A stretch of 64,000 nucleotides of DNA from assembly GCA_026936335.1 (NCBI GenBank), contig JAPMXV010000041.1, positions 62,001 to 126,000 on the forward strand. Reading direction: 5' to 3'. The stretch is from Mantamonas sphyraenae STR306 (lineage: Eukaryota; Protista; CRuMs). Position numbers and translations under genes: made by a program. Positions 26,898 through 38,449 of this stretch are shown here, piece by piece; positions within the stretch are counted from its first letter, which is position 1, and each line of letters opens with the position of its first letter. Below the pieces are notes generated by a model. That model saw nothing but the letters and a program-made list of their open reading frames with translations. It did no database searches and was not told where the DNA came from.

Positions 26898-29081
26898 AGT
26901 ACGTCAGCCCTCTCGCTTCACCATCCACCACACACACACACACACCCTCCATTCCACTGCACACACACACACAATGTGTCCACCTGTACTCCGTCACTGA
27001 CCCTGTGTGTGCTTCCGCTCGTGCGTCTGTTTGCCGCCTCTGCGCGCTGCTCTGCAAATGCAGTGGGCAAGGAGAAGGTGCGTGCTTCCACATTTTGCCC
27101 AGTGACAGCGACGTCTGCGCCTCCTACAGCTCGACACACGTCCGCGACACCATGCACAACCACTCGGCTGCACGCGGCATGTGTGTGCGCAGCCATGTGC
27201 TGTGTGCACACAGACCTTGTGCGCACGTGGCCACCTGTGCTGCGTCTGGGCGTGGAGCCAAAGGATTTTTTCGCTGCATGCGGTTTTGCCGTCCTTTGTG
27301 TTGTTCGCTGTTTCGACAGTCCTGGTCGGGCTGTGGGAACAGCACACACAGATGCGCACATACACACGCACACGCCACATGCGTACGCCTCGTCTGCGGC
27401 ACATGTGCGTGTGTGTATGTGCAGCACTGGACCTGCAGGCGGGCAAACACGAGCACGCGTGCCACGTGCCAAAACGGACGGTGGAAAATCCTTCCGGTCC
27501 GGGACACGCGCGTGACGTTTTGCCCCACCCTGTGCTCCCTGTGTGTCTGCATGCTCTGTGTGTGTGCTTCTCTGCCAGGAATATGCACGCGGTGTGCATC
27601 CACACCCTCTGCAGATCCTGCACATGTAGCACACACACACACACGCGTGTGTCAGCAACAATCCCCCATCCCATCCGCTCTGCAATCGTCCCATGCCCCA
27701 GATCCACACCACCCCACCACCCCACCACCCACCCCCACCCACTCACACCCACACCATCCTCCTTCTCCTCTCTTCACTCCAGACTCACGTCAACATTGTT
27801 GTGATTGGCCACGTGGACAGCGGCAAGTCGACCACCACCGGTCACCTGATCTACAAGTGCGGCGGTATCGACAAGCGTACCATCGAGAAGTTCGAGAAGG
27901 AGGCCAACGACATCGGCAAGGGCTCGTTCAAGTACGCCTGGGTGCTGGACAAACTCAAGGCTGAGCGCGAGCGTGGTATCACCATCGACATTGCCCTGTG
28001 GAAGTTCGAGACCAGCAAGTACCACTTCACCATCATCGACGCCCCGGGCCACCGTGATTTCATCAAGAACATGATCACCGGTACCTCGCAGGCCGATCTG
28101 GCTGTGCTCATTGTGGCTGCCGGTCAGGGTGAGTTCGAGGCTGGTATCTCCAAGGAGGGCCAGACCCGCGAGCACGCTCTGCTGTCTTTCACTCTGGGTG
28201 TGCGTCAGCTCATTGTCGGTGTCAACAAGATGGATCTGGCCGAGTACAAGGAGAAGCGCTACAAGGAGATCAAGAAGGAGATCAGCAAGGTCATCAAGAA
28301 GATCGGCTACAACCCGGACAACGTGCCGTTTGTGCCCATCTCTGGTTTCCATGGCGACAACATGATCGACGCTGGTGACAACATGAAGTGGTACAAGGGC
28401 CCCACCCTGCTGGAGGCTCTGGATGCCTGCGAGCCGCCCAAGCGCCCCGTGGACAAGCCCCTGCGTCTGCCGCTCCAGGACGTGTACAAGATCGGTGGCA
28501 TCGGAACTGTTCCCGTGGGCCGTGTCGAGACTGGTATCATCAAGCCCGGCATGGTCGTGACCTTTGCCCCCGCTGGCATCAGCACCGAAGTCAAGTCGGT
28601 GGAGATGCACCATCAGTCGCTGGAGGAGGCCATCCCCGGTGACAACGTCGGCTTCAACGTCAAGAACGTGAGCGTGAAGGACATCCGCCGTGGTAACGTG
28701 GCTGGTGACAGCAAGCGCGACCCGCCCCTCGAGGCCGCCGACTTCTTCGCCCAGGTGATCATCATGAACCACCCGGGTACGATCACCAACGGCTACGCGC
28801 CCGTGCTGGATTGCCACACGGCCCACGTTGCCTGCAAGTTCACCGAGATCGTGACCAAGATCGACCGCCGTTCGGGCAAGGCTCTCGAGGAGTTCCCCAA
28901 GTCGGTCAAGAAGGGCGACGCCGCCATGGTGACCCTGACCCCGAGCAAGCCCATGTGCGTGGAGGCTTTCACCGAGTACCCGCCCCTGGGACGCTTTGCC
29001 GTGCGTGATATGCGCCAGACGGTTGCCGTCGGTGTGATCAAGTCGGTCAACAAGAAGGAGGCCAAGAAGAGCAAGAAGTAA
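26898..29081 (+). CDS. EEF1A: Elongation factor 1-alpha, copy B (exons 26898, 27064-27077, 27783-29081)
   Basis: Same structure as copy A; one amino-acid difference (AADFFAQ vs AADFYAQ). Confidence 0.97.
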
Positions 29082-29295
29082 GTGCGCTTCAACTCGACAA
29101 GCGTGTGCTCCATGTCCCATGCACCTGCTGGTTGTGTCTCCCGCGAGGGGTGACCGAGGTGAGGTCGTCTGGAGGCAATGGAGGCGAGCGTGAGTCAAGG
29201 TGTGTTTGGTGATGTCCCTGCCGTTTTGGTAGGGGCACAGTGAATGCAGTTCCCGTCCGCTTCTGTTGCACACACAACACAGAAACCCTTTGTTT

Positions 29296-31212
29296 TTACT
29301 TTGCAACAGTCCCCTTGCCCCGTTTTGACGCGGAGGCGCCAGCCGGCGACTGTGAGGATGCGCTGGCCGTCTTTTTCGGCGAGGTCCGTTTGACCACGGT
29401 TGCGCTTCCACTTGCACTCTTGACGACTTTGTCGCCTGCATGGCCTTGCAGCTGCACCTCCTTTGTCCCATTCTGTTGTTGCTGCTTCTTGCTGCTCTTT
29501 TTCACCGCGTCATCCCCGTTTGTCTTTTTCGGCTTCACGTCGCTGCTGAAGGGTTTCCTCACCACAGTGTCGTCTCCACTGCCTTCGTTGGCATCCTTGC
29601 TGCTGCGCTTCTTCTTGCCCCTCGGGCTGGCCTCCTGTTTGGCCTCCTTCTTCTGCGTGGACGTTGATGATGATGATGATGCTGATGATGTGGACGCAGC
29701 CGCCGGTGTGGTTGTTGTGGTGCTCGTTGTTGTGCTCTTTTTCTCCTTGGGCTTCTTGTCTTGTTTGTGACCCTCCTTGGCTTCCTTGCCATTGCCGCCG
29801 CTCTGCTCCATCTGCTTGACCTTGTGCTCGACACTGTGACGCATCATCTCCTCGCGCTTCTCCCAAGCAAGCAAATCCTGTCGGGCCTGCCTTAGCTTGG
29901 CCTGTGTGTCCCTAAGCTGTTTGGTGACCTTGTTGAGCTCCGCACGCAGGCTCTCCGCCTCGCGTTCCGCCTCCAGAGGCACGCGTTTGTCGCCTGCCAG
30001 CGGACTTTGAGCCGCATCTGTCATGGGCCTCTCGCGTGCCACCTCGTACGCAATCAACTCATTCCTTCCCTGAGCCAGCTTCTCCTGGGCGAGCAAAACC
30101 TCGCGTTCGAGTTGCAAACGACGCTGGTGTTCGGCCTCGAGTGCCGCCATGGCAGCTTCGCGTTCCTCCTGCATGCGTCGTGCGTCTCGTTCCACACGCA
30201 ACACCGTCAGTTTCATGCTCTTTTCCTGTTCCGCGTTGGCGTGCATGCGTTTCTGCATGTCACGCATCCGCTTGCCATACTCGGCCACCTGGTCGCCGCG
30301 TTCCGTCAGCGCGCGGTCTTCGTCCTCCAGGGCCACGGTGGCACGTTCCAACTCCGTTTCCAGTTTGTTGGCCTCGCGTTTGTGGCTTCGCAGTTGCTTC
30401 TCCAGCCGTGCCACAGTGTGTGACAGCTCGCGGTTGCTCACCTCCAACTCTTCCAACCTGCGCTCCTTCTTGGCCCACACCTGGCCCTCCCTGTCCATCT
30501 GCGACTCCAACTGTGCAATGCGTCGGTTCAACTGCGTGTTGTCATGCACTTGCATCGCCAACGACGCCTTGACATTGTCCAACTCCCGTCGCAGGGCCAA
30601 ACTCGCTTCGTTCTCCGTCGCGTACTTGGCCTGTCGCAACCGACTGTGGATCGCCTCCATGCTCAATTCACCACCAACACCACCACCATTTGTCGTCGTC
30701 GTCGTCGTCTTTGTACCTTCATGATGACCATGGTGTGTTGTCGTCCGCCTTGTGTGTGTGTTGCTGCTGCTGCTGCTGCTTCCCTTGCTCTTGCTCTTCT
30801 TCCCTTTGCGTTTGCTGCTTCCCGTCGTCTTTCGCACGCCCCCACTCTTTGTGCTTCCCTCCTTGCTCGTCGACGGTCCCTCTGGCCCCTTTTGTGTCTC
30901 CTGCGCCTCTGTTGACCCTGTCGATTGCGTGCTCGCCACCCCGTCTGCCTCTGCTTCGGACGGCCCCGACGTTGCATCTGCCTGAGGACCGTTGCCCTGC
31001 CCCGCTTCACTTTCTGCCCCCTTGTCCTCCACCACCGCCTCAGATGGCCCTTTGCTGCTCTGTTTGGCCCCGCCTGTACGCTTGCGCTTTGTTTTCTTGC
31101 TCGACTTTTTCGTGCGAGTGCTCTTGGGCGTGTTGCCGCCCGATGGAGGATTCTCCTCGACCAGCGTCAATGCGTCGCCGGTGCTCTCTGCCTCCTGCTT
31201 CGATGTCTGCAT
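29296..31212 (-). CDS. Coiled-coil protein with Lys/Ser-rich disordered termini
   Basis: Long ORF with a ~270-aa heptad-rich centre (EASLALRRELDNVK...EHKVKQMEQ); family not recognised. Confidence 0.7.
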   Translation of the reverse strand: MQTSKQEAESTGDALTLVEENPPSGGNTPKSTRTKKSSKKTKRKRTGGAKQSSKGPSEAVVEDKGAESEAGQGNGPQADATSGPSEAEADGVASTQSTGSTEAQETQKGPEGPSTSKEGSTKSGGVRKTTGSSKRKGKKSKSKGSSSSSSNTHTRRTTTHHGHHEGTKTTTTTTNGGGVGGELSMEAIHSRLRQAKYATENEASLALRRELDNVKASLAMQVHDNTQLNRRIAQLESQMDREGQVWAKKERRLEELEVSNRELSHTVARLEKQLRSHKREANKLETELERATVALEDEDRALTERGDQVAEYGKRMRDMQKRMHANAEQEKSMKLTVLRVERDARRMQEEREAAMAALEAEHQRRLQLEREVLLAQEKLAQGRNELIAYEVARERPMTDAAQSPLAGDKRVPLEAEREAESLRAELNKVTKQLRDTQAKLRQARQDLLAWEKREEMMRHSVEHKVKQMEQSGGNGKEAKEGHKQDKKPKEKKSTTTSTTTTTPAAASTSSASSSSSTSTQKKEAKQEASPRGKKKRSSKDANEGSGDDTVVRKPFSSDVKPKKTNGDDAVKKSSKKQQQQNGTKEVQLQGHAGDKVVKSASGSATVVKRTSPKKTASASSQSPAGASASKRGKGTVAK

Positions 31213-31377
31213 CGTCGTCGGTCGTGTGTCATCATCCACATGCATGGCATGCATCGTGTGTGTGTGTGTATGTTTGAGTGTGTGTGAGAAGATTGCATGC
31301 GTGTGTGTGTCATGGTGTGTGCGGCACTCACCATCTCGGCCACACAAAACCCCTTTCAGGAAAGCTTCTTCTCTCCG

Positions 31378-32757
31378 ATGCTCGCAGTTGGCTTGCCAAG
31401 CGCAGCGACGCGACGCTCGGTGTTGTTTGGCGTGTGTGTGCTGGCGTGTGTGTTGTCCAGTGCGGTTGCGGTGCGTATGGTGCCCACAGCCGAGTCACTG
31501 GGCACGGGCCAGAGCACACTGCCCGACGACGCTCGCGTCTCCCTCAAGCAACGCATCCAGGCCTTTGAAACAGAGGTGGGACGCACGCCCTACCTCGACT
31601 CTGACGACGAACAGGTGAGTTTGTGCGTGTTGCATTCCTTACCGGCCATGCATACGTGCTCGAGAGCCTGTGGCGGCTCGTTCCTGACGACGAGATGCGC
31701 CACGTTGCTCGTATTCGAGCAAACTGGAGGCGTGCATGGTACGCATGCATGTGCGAGTGCATCCATGTGGTCGTTGCACATCTGCATGGGTGTGTGTGTG
31801 CGTGTGTGGCGTATGCATGCGTGGGACGGCGACAAGTGAGGACGGAAAGGCACCGGAGCCCATTTTCGGGTTGGAGGAGGGAATGCGAAAGCACCACGTC
31901 ATTGCTGACACTCAGGGCGCGTGGTGGCGAACCACACACGCAGGAGGAAGACTCGCCCGAGGCAATTGGGGCGGTGGTGGCCAAGCTGGACAAGCAGCTG
32001 ATGGGAGACATGGAGGAGATTGTGAATGTGGACGACAGCAAGGCCGAGGCGGTGGCCGAGGCGCCGGCGCAGGCGGAGGATCTGTTGGCGCTGGACGACG
32101 TGGAGGATATGGGCGACGTGGAACAGCCGGTGGCACTGAACATCTACGCAATGAGCAAGTGTGAGGACTTTCACACCTACTTCAAGATGGTGCGTGATGT
32201 GTTGAAGCGCGTGGGTAGCAAGGCCTTGTTTGTGCAACTGGACTTTCTGGGCCGCAGCAGCGTGGACACAGCCACACGGCTGGACAGCCAACACGGCCAG
32301 CATGAAGTGTTGGGCAATCTGTACATGCTGTGTGCACAACACCTGTACCGGCAGCGCTACGAACTGGTGGCCGACTTTGTGGCCTGTGCCGGTGAGGAGC
32401 GCGAGGCGATTCCCTTGAATCTGAAGCGCTGTGCGGCCAAGGCACGCCTCAACTGGGGCCGTGTCAAGGCATGTGCCACCTCGGCGCAGGGTGTGCGCTT
32501 GTACCAGAAGAGCATGGGCCGTGCGGTGCAGCAGAACGTCGAGTGGAGCCCGGCTGCCTATGTGCACGGCGCTCGCTTCTGCATGTTCAACTTTAAGGGT
32601 GGCAAGCGCAAGCATTGCCCCGCACAGACTGTCGACCAGCTCCTGGCCTCTGTGTGCGTCCTCTATCAGGGACCCCATCGACCGGCGGCCTGCGAGCAGG
32701 GCGAGCCCCTGGCTGGCATGCGACGACGACGACGACGACGACGCCAGGCCAATGGTG

Positions 32758-32792
<35 letters not shown>

Positions 32793-33059
32793 CAACAGCA
32801 GCAGACGGGTGTGGCACAAGGAGAGGCAAAGGAAACTGCCACGAGCACACCGGTCAAGGCGACGGATGACGGCGACATGCTCAAGGTGACGGATGTGCCT
32901 GTGGACATCCCTTCGGATGACACACGCAGCAAAGAGACGGCCGGTGCGGCAAAGGCAGCAGGCGCAACAAGTGGACGACGCAACAACGCCATGGGCGACG
33001 AGGGTGCGTTTGATATGCAGTTGGATTCGCAACGCACACGAAAGCGCAGGCGACGTGCC

Positions 33060-33094
<35 letters not shown>

Positions 33095-35084
33095 TGGTGC
33101 AGCCGGCAGTCCCTTGGACAATGTGCAGCAGCGTGTGCAGACGGCACGCGTGGACGACGACGAAAAGGCAGTGGTCAACGAGTTGCTCACGCACCTTCGC
33201 AACCAGCAAGAGCGCATCGAGGAGTTGCAACGGCAGCAGGAGATGCTTGCGTCGGGCCAGCTGAAGGAGGTGATGCAGCAGGAGATCCAACAGCAGCAGC
33301 AGCAGCAGCAGCAGGGTCAAAACGGGCAGCACGCACAGCAGCAACAGGGTCACGGCCAGGAGGAGGTCACGGACGCAGACTTTAAGAAGCAGAGCCGAAA
33401 GGCAAAGAAGGAGGCGAAGAAAGCACGCAAGGCTGAGCGTTTGCGACAGATTGAGCAAATGCAGGCGGAGCAGGAACGACTGCAGCTGTTGGAACAACAA
33501 CAACAACAGCAGCAGCAACAACAGCAGCAGGCAGGCATGACTCGCAAGCGCAGGAGCCGCAAGGGAGGCAAACAGGCAAAGGCAGCCAAGCAGCAGCAGA
33601 AGGGTGGTAAAAAGTCGACCGTCCTGTCGAGCAGCAGCAGCGGGGACGACAACGACGGATGGGCGGGGCTCATTTCGGACAACGACCTGCTGGAGATGCC
33701 CAAGGGGGACAAAGGCAAGAAGCCGAAGAAGGGTGGCAAGAAGCAAAAGCAGAAGCAGCAGCAACAAAAGGGCGCGGTGAGTTCGTTCTCAGACAACGAC
33801 GAACAGGACTTTGCAGAGGAGATGCGACGCGCTGTGGAGGCGCAAAAGGCGCAGCGCAAGGAGGGCAAGAACAAGCGAAGCGGCAAGGCTGGTAAGCGTG
33901 GCAAGCAGCAGGGATCGTCCAAGGAGGCACTAAGCAAAGAGGCACAGGAACTGGCCGCCATCCGCAAGCAGCTTGAAGAACAGCAGCGTTTGCAGAGGCA
34001 GCAGCAGGAACTGATCCAGCAACAGTTGTTGATGCAACAGCAACAGCAGCAACAGCAGCAACAGCAACAGCAGGGGCGTGGAAACGATGACCCGTCGTCC
34101 TATTACGACGACCGATCGGAGGAGGTCAGTGACGTGTCGGATGATGAGCGCGAGCAGCAACCGAAGCAGGGACGCGGCAAGCGTGGCAACAAGCGTGGCA
34201 AGCGAAGCAAGGGCGCCAAGGGTGACACGGGAGCTGCCGGTGTGCAGTTGCGTCAGTTTTTGGACATCGATGAGCTGGAGGCTGCCAAGACGGACGGCGC
34301 ACGGGAAAAGATCATTGTGCGTGCTGCGCAAAAGGCTGGCATGGACCCGCAGGTGTACTACATGACACTGATGCAACAGGAGCAGGCGCGTGCCCAGGGC
34401 AAGGCAATGGCCGCAGATGCCGTTGGAGCGCCTGTGGATGGCGGCAAGGGCAAGCGCAAAGGAAAATCCAAGTCCAAGTCGAAATCCAAGGGCCGCCGAG
34501 GCGAGCGACGGGACGAGCGACGCCGTCATGGTGGAGATGTCAACGCACGCCGCCGAGACGGAGGCAGTGAGGTGAGCGAAGTCAGTGGCGACGATGATTA
34601 TGTGAGTTCGGGAGAAGTGAGCGCGGACGAGGATGCAGGACGAGGAGGACGACGAGGTGGACGGCGCGGTGGTGACGATCGACGACGTGACCACCGGCGT
34701 GACGGACGTGATGGACGCGAAGGACGTGACAGGCGTGGACGACGTGATCGACACGAGTCGAAGCGGGAAAAGCGTGCCAAGCAGAGGGCAATGATGGAGG
34801 AGATGATGTATCAGGCAGCAGCAGCACAGCAGCAACAGCAGGTGGGACATGGAATGGCCCCTGCCCCTGCTGCCGTCCAGCAAGCCGCCGGCGAACTCTA
34901 TCCCGTCATCCAGGAGGACGGCACCGTCGTCATGGTCCCTGTGGCAACAGCCAACGACGCACGTGGACGTGGACGTGGACGTGGACGTGGACGTGGACGC
35001 GATCGTGATCGAGGACGTGGTGGACGCGACAGGAGAGATCGTCGTCGACGTGACGACGCCAGCTCAGACGATGGCTGGTTTTGA
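31378..35084 (+). CDS. Signal-peptide protein with a GILT (gamma-interferon-inducible thiol reductase)-like domain and a long Gln/Lys/Arg-rich tail; exons 31378-31614, 31944-35084
   Basis: Hydrophobic N-terminus; VALNIYAMSKCEDF, SQHGQHEVLGNLYMLCA, FVAC, VKACATSAQG..LY and WSPAAYVHG follow the GILT motif order. Confidence 0.65.
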
Positions 35085-35190
35085 GGGAAGTGGGAAATGG
35101 ATCATGATTGGAATGCAAATGGAATGGCAATGGATGTGTGTGTTTGTTGTTATGTAAGTATGTGTGTCTGTGTGTCTGTGTGTGTTGCCC

Positions 35191-36067
35191 TCAGCACCAG
35201 CAACCGCCGTCGTTGCCCTCGGCAGCGTCGACAAGCGCAATGGTCTTGCCGCTCTTTGTGGTGAGCTGGGATTCAGTCACCTTCATCACCTCGTGCAGTA
35301 GCAGTCGTCCACACTCTTCAATGTTGATGTTCTCCTTGGCTGACGTCTCAAACCATGCCAGGAAGCCCTGGTTGTCCACAAACTCCTCCATGATCTCGGG
35401 GGAGAGGTCGATTTCAGAGTCGCGTTGCAAATCGCACTGTGGAGGCCGGGAGACGGGTCAGTGGCACATCGGACGCGTGTGTGTGTGGCGCAGTGGTCGT
35501 GTGTGGACGTGCGGTGGGGTGTGGCACGCATGCAACGCACCTTGTTGGCCAGCAGGACGACGGGGATGTTGTCTCCCGAAGGCAAGAAGACCTTGGAATC
35601 GAGGTCGGCCTTCCACTTGGGCACTGCGTCGAGGGTGCTGCTGCGCGTGACGTCAAACACGAGAAAGGCACCGACGGCTTCGCGGTAATACACCTGTGGG
35701 TGTGCAGTGGCGTGTGTGAGAGGGTGGGGGAGAGCGTTTTTTGGTGCGCGGTGGGGTGTTCGTTGAGGGGAAAATGAGGGTGTCCCTCTTTGGACGCTCG
35801 GCAGCGCCCACGACGTACCCGAGTCATGTTGCCGAAGCGTTCCTGCCCTGCAATGTCCCACATTTGGATGCGGATGACGTACTCCTCCTCGCGGATGACC
35901 TTCATGGCAAAGTCGACGCCAATCGTCGACTTGTACTGCAGCGAGAACGTGTCGTGCACGTAGCGCTTGATGAAGGACGTCTTGCCCGTGCCAAAGTCGC
36001 CCACCACCAGGATTTTGTACAGGAATTCCTCGACCTCGTCGTTCTCCTGCTCCGCAGTGGCAGACAT
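35191..36067 (-). CDS. RAB32: Rab32/38-family GTPase; exons 36067-35819, 35693-35541, 35436-35191
   Basis: GDFGTGKTS, YKSTIGVDFAMKV, the family-diagnostic WDIAGQERFGNMTRVYY, LANKCDL, WFETSAKENINI; C-terminal CWC. Confidence 0.9.
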
Positions 36068-36347
36068 GGTCGACAAGGGGGGGAGTGGTTTTGTTTGGAG
36101 GCATGTGCGATGACACATGGACGCGCATGACGAAAGATGAGCAATGGGTGGAGAAGGGGAGGAAGGAGGGGGAAAGGGGGGGGTGACGACGCCTTGGAGA
36201 GGGTTGGGTGGGTGGAAAGGGAGGGTGAGCGAAGGCGAACCCAGAACTTTTCAAGGTGGGCAGTGCATTCGAATGTGGATGGGAATGCGCAGATGAAGAG
36301 TGCTGACAGTTTGTACGTCACAAACAGGACACACCAGGTAGCCAGGC

Positions 36348-36963
36348 ATGTCTGAACTCATCCAGGCAGTGGCGGTGGGAGGAACGGAGTTGGTTGTGGC
36401 GTTGGTGGAAAAGGGGCGCTGATATCGAAAGCAAGGATTCCAACGGCCAGACAGCGCTGATGTACGCAGCGTCACTGGGCCACACCGACACTGCCATGGC
36501 ACTGTTGGACAACGGGGCACAGCTTGAAGCGGTGGCAGCGTGCAACGGGTTCACGGCGTTGCACTATGCGGCGTTTCAAGGGCACACCGACACTGCGTTG
36601 GCACTGGTGGCAAGGGGAGCCAACATGAGTGCAACCGATGCAAATGGATTGACAGCACAAGCATGGGCAGCACAGATTGGACACTCTCAGACGGCAGAAG
36701 CACTGCGAGACGCTGCTGCTGCTGCACCACCACCACACAACAGCAGCAGCAGCACAACAGGCAAATCCAATAGCCACCAGGATGTGGACACTACTGGAGG
36801 TAGTGGCAACGATGAGGTGATTGCCATGCTTCAGAGCTTGGTGCAGGGACAGAAGGAGATTCGAATCGGACAAGTGGATGTCATGGTTGCTGTGGCTTCC
36901 AAGGGTGCGAGCAGTGGGGGTGGTGCTGATGATGGGAAGGACGATGATGAGGAATTCATCTGA
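36348..36963 (+). CDS. Ankyrin-repeat protein (apparent +1 G frameshift at ~36413-36416)
   Basis: GADIESKDSNGQTALMYAASLGHTD, GFTALHYAAFQGHTD, GANMSATDANGLTA. The upstream MSELIQAVAVGGTELVVALVEK joins if one G is removed. Confidence 0.7.
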
Positions 36964-36999
36964 ACCACTTGCGCTGAGTCATGCAGCACTTCATCCACA

Positions 37000-38369
37000 A
37001 TGGACGACGATTCCCACTCCACCACCCCACCAGAGGACACATCACCGTCACCCACATCCACATCCACATCGTCCTCACCCTCCACCATCACCACCACCTC
37101 CCACCACCTGTCCAATGAAGCAACAACCTCATCGTCGTCGTCGTCCTCTGCCACGTGGCAAACCACCACCGACGCGCAGGAAGAGCACATGCCGAGGGAA
37201 CTGGTGGAGCTCATGCTGACGGCCATGAGTGGCAACAACACCTCCTTCTTCTACTTCTGGCAACAAGTGTACATGCGGGAGAAAGGCCAGCTGGTTGATC
37301 TCTACGAGTCGTACGAACGGACCCTCCAGCAGGGCTCCCTCTCCCCGTCCAGCACCTCCACCTCCAACGCAACCGAACCGCCTGCTGCCTCCGACAACGT
37401 CATCCTATCCACCACCAAGGAGGAGGTGGATGCGCTTCTTGACGCACGTGTGGACGCGGAGGATGATCACCCACAGCTCCAGGACACCGAGCAGCAGCCG
37501 CAAGACAATACAGACACAGGGAAACACGACGAAACGACAGAGGAGGCCATCGAAAGTGACATCAACCTCAATTGGGACAAGCTGCAACAGGCTGCGTTTG
37601 ATCCCAAGCTCATTTACGTGAGTGATCCGTTCCCCACCCCACCCCAACCGACCACCCCACTGACACCGTATTCTCCCCACCCTTTTGGTGAACCACACAG
37701 AAACACGTGCACCTTTGGTTCAAGGCAAGCATCAACCTGCTCATGCCTGTGCTGGACATGCTGCCTGTGGATCAAGACACCGCCGTGCTCGACGTGGGCT
37801 GTGGCAATGGTCACCTGTGCCAGTACCTCCTCACTCTGGGATTCGAACACGTGACAGGCAGCGACTATTCCCCTGCGGCAGTGGAGGTTGCCCAAATCAT
37901 CCAAGAGGCGTGGCGGAGTGGAATGGACGACGCCACGCGTTCCAAACGGCCGCAGGCCTCCTTTGTGGTGGATGACATCCTCAACACCACACTCAACGAC
38001 AACGCATACGGTCTCATTGTGGACAAAGGCACCCTGGACACCATTGGGATGATGGTGCAGAAGGAAGGCGCGGGAGACTCGACCATCCTAGATTCCTCCT
38101 CCTCCTCCTCCTCCTCCACTGACAACGACGACGATGATGACGACGATGACGACCGCACACTGACAGATGTATACGCAGGCAATATCTACGCCACATTGGC
38201 ACCGGGGGGCCTGTACGTGCTCATTTCAGCCTGTTTCGAACCGGATGAACTCGCAAGCCTTTTTCTCGATTATGACATGGATCTGCTCTACATGGACAGG
38301 CAGCAAATCGTCTCTGAGGACGATGTGTTGGACATCCAACTCGCAGTGTGGCAAAGAAGCACAGAATAA
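37000..38369 (+). CDS. EEF1AKMT2/METTL10/Efm4-like protein-lysine methyltransferase; intron 37618-37700
   Basis: FWQQVYMRE, HLWF, VLDVGCGNGHL, VTGSDYSPAAVEVA, FVVDDIL, IVDKGTLDTI, LAPGGLYVLISAC. Confidence 0.75.
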
Positions 38370-38449
38370 ATTGCGAATCAACACAAAGCGATCTCTTTTT
38401 TCTATCGGTGATGTGATCTCTTCCCACCTCCTCCTCCACCGCGCTCCAT

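Larger units (their letters stand above)
26429..29250. repeat. Right arm of the inverted segmental duplication
   Basis: Reverse complement of 20454-23268 with scattered SNPs and small indels. Confidence 0.95.

Noticed and set aside
20454-29250. Inverted duplication as a pure assembly artefact
   Set aside because: The arms differ by clustered synonymous substitutions, amino-acid changes and intron indels, which is more consistent with real paralogs (read-level check still advisable).
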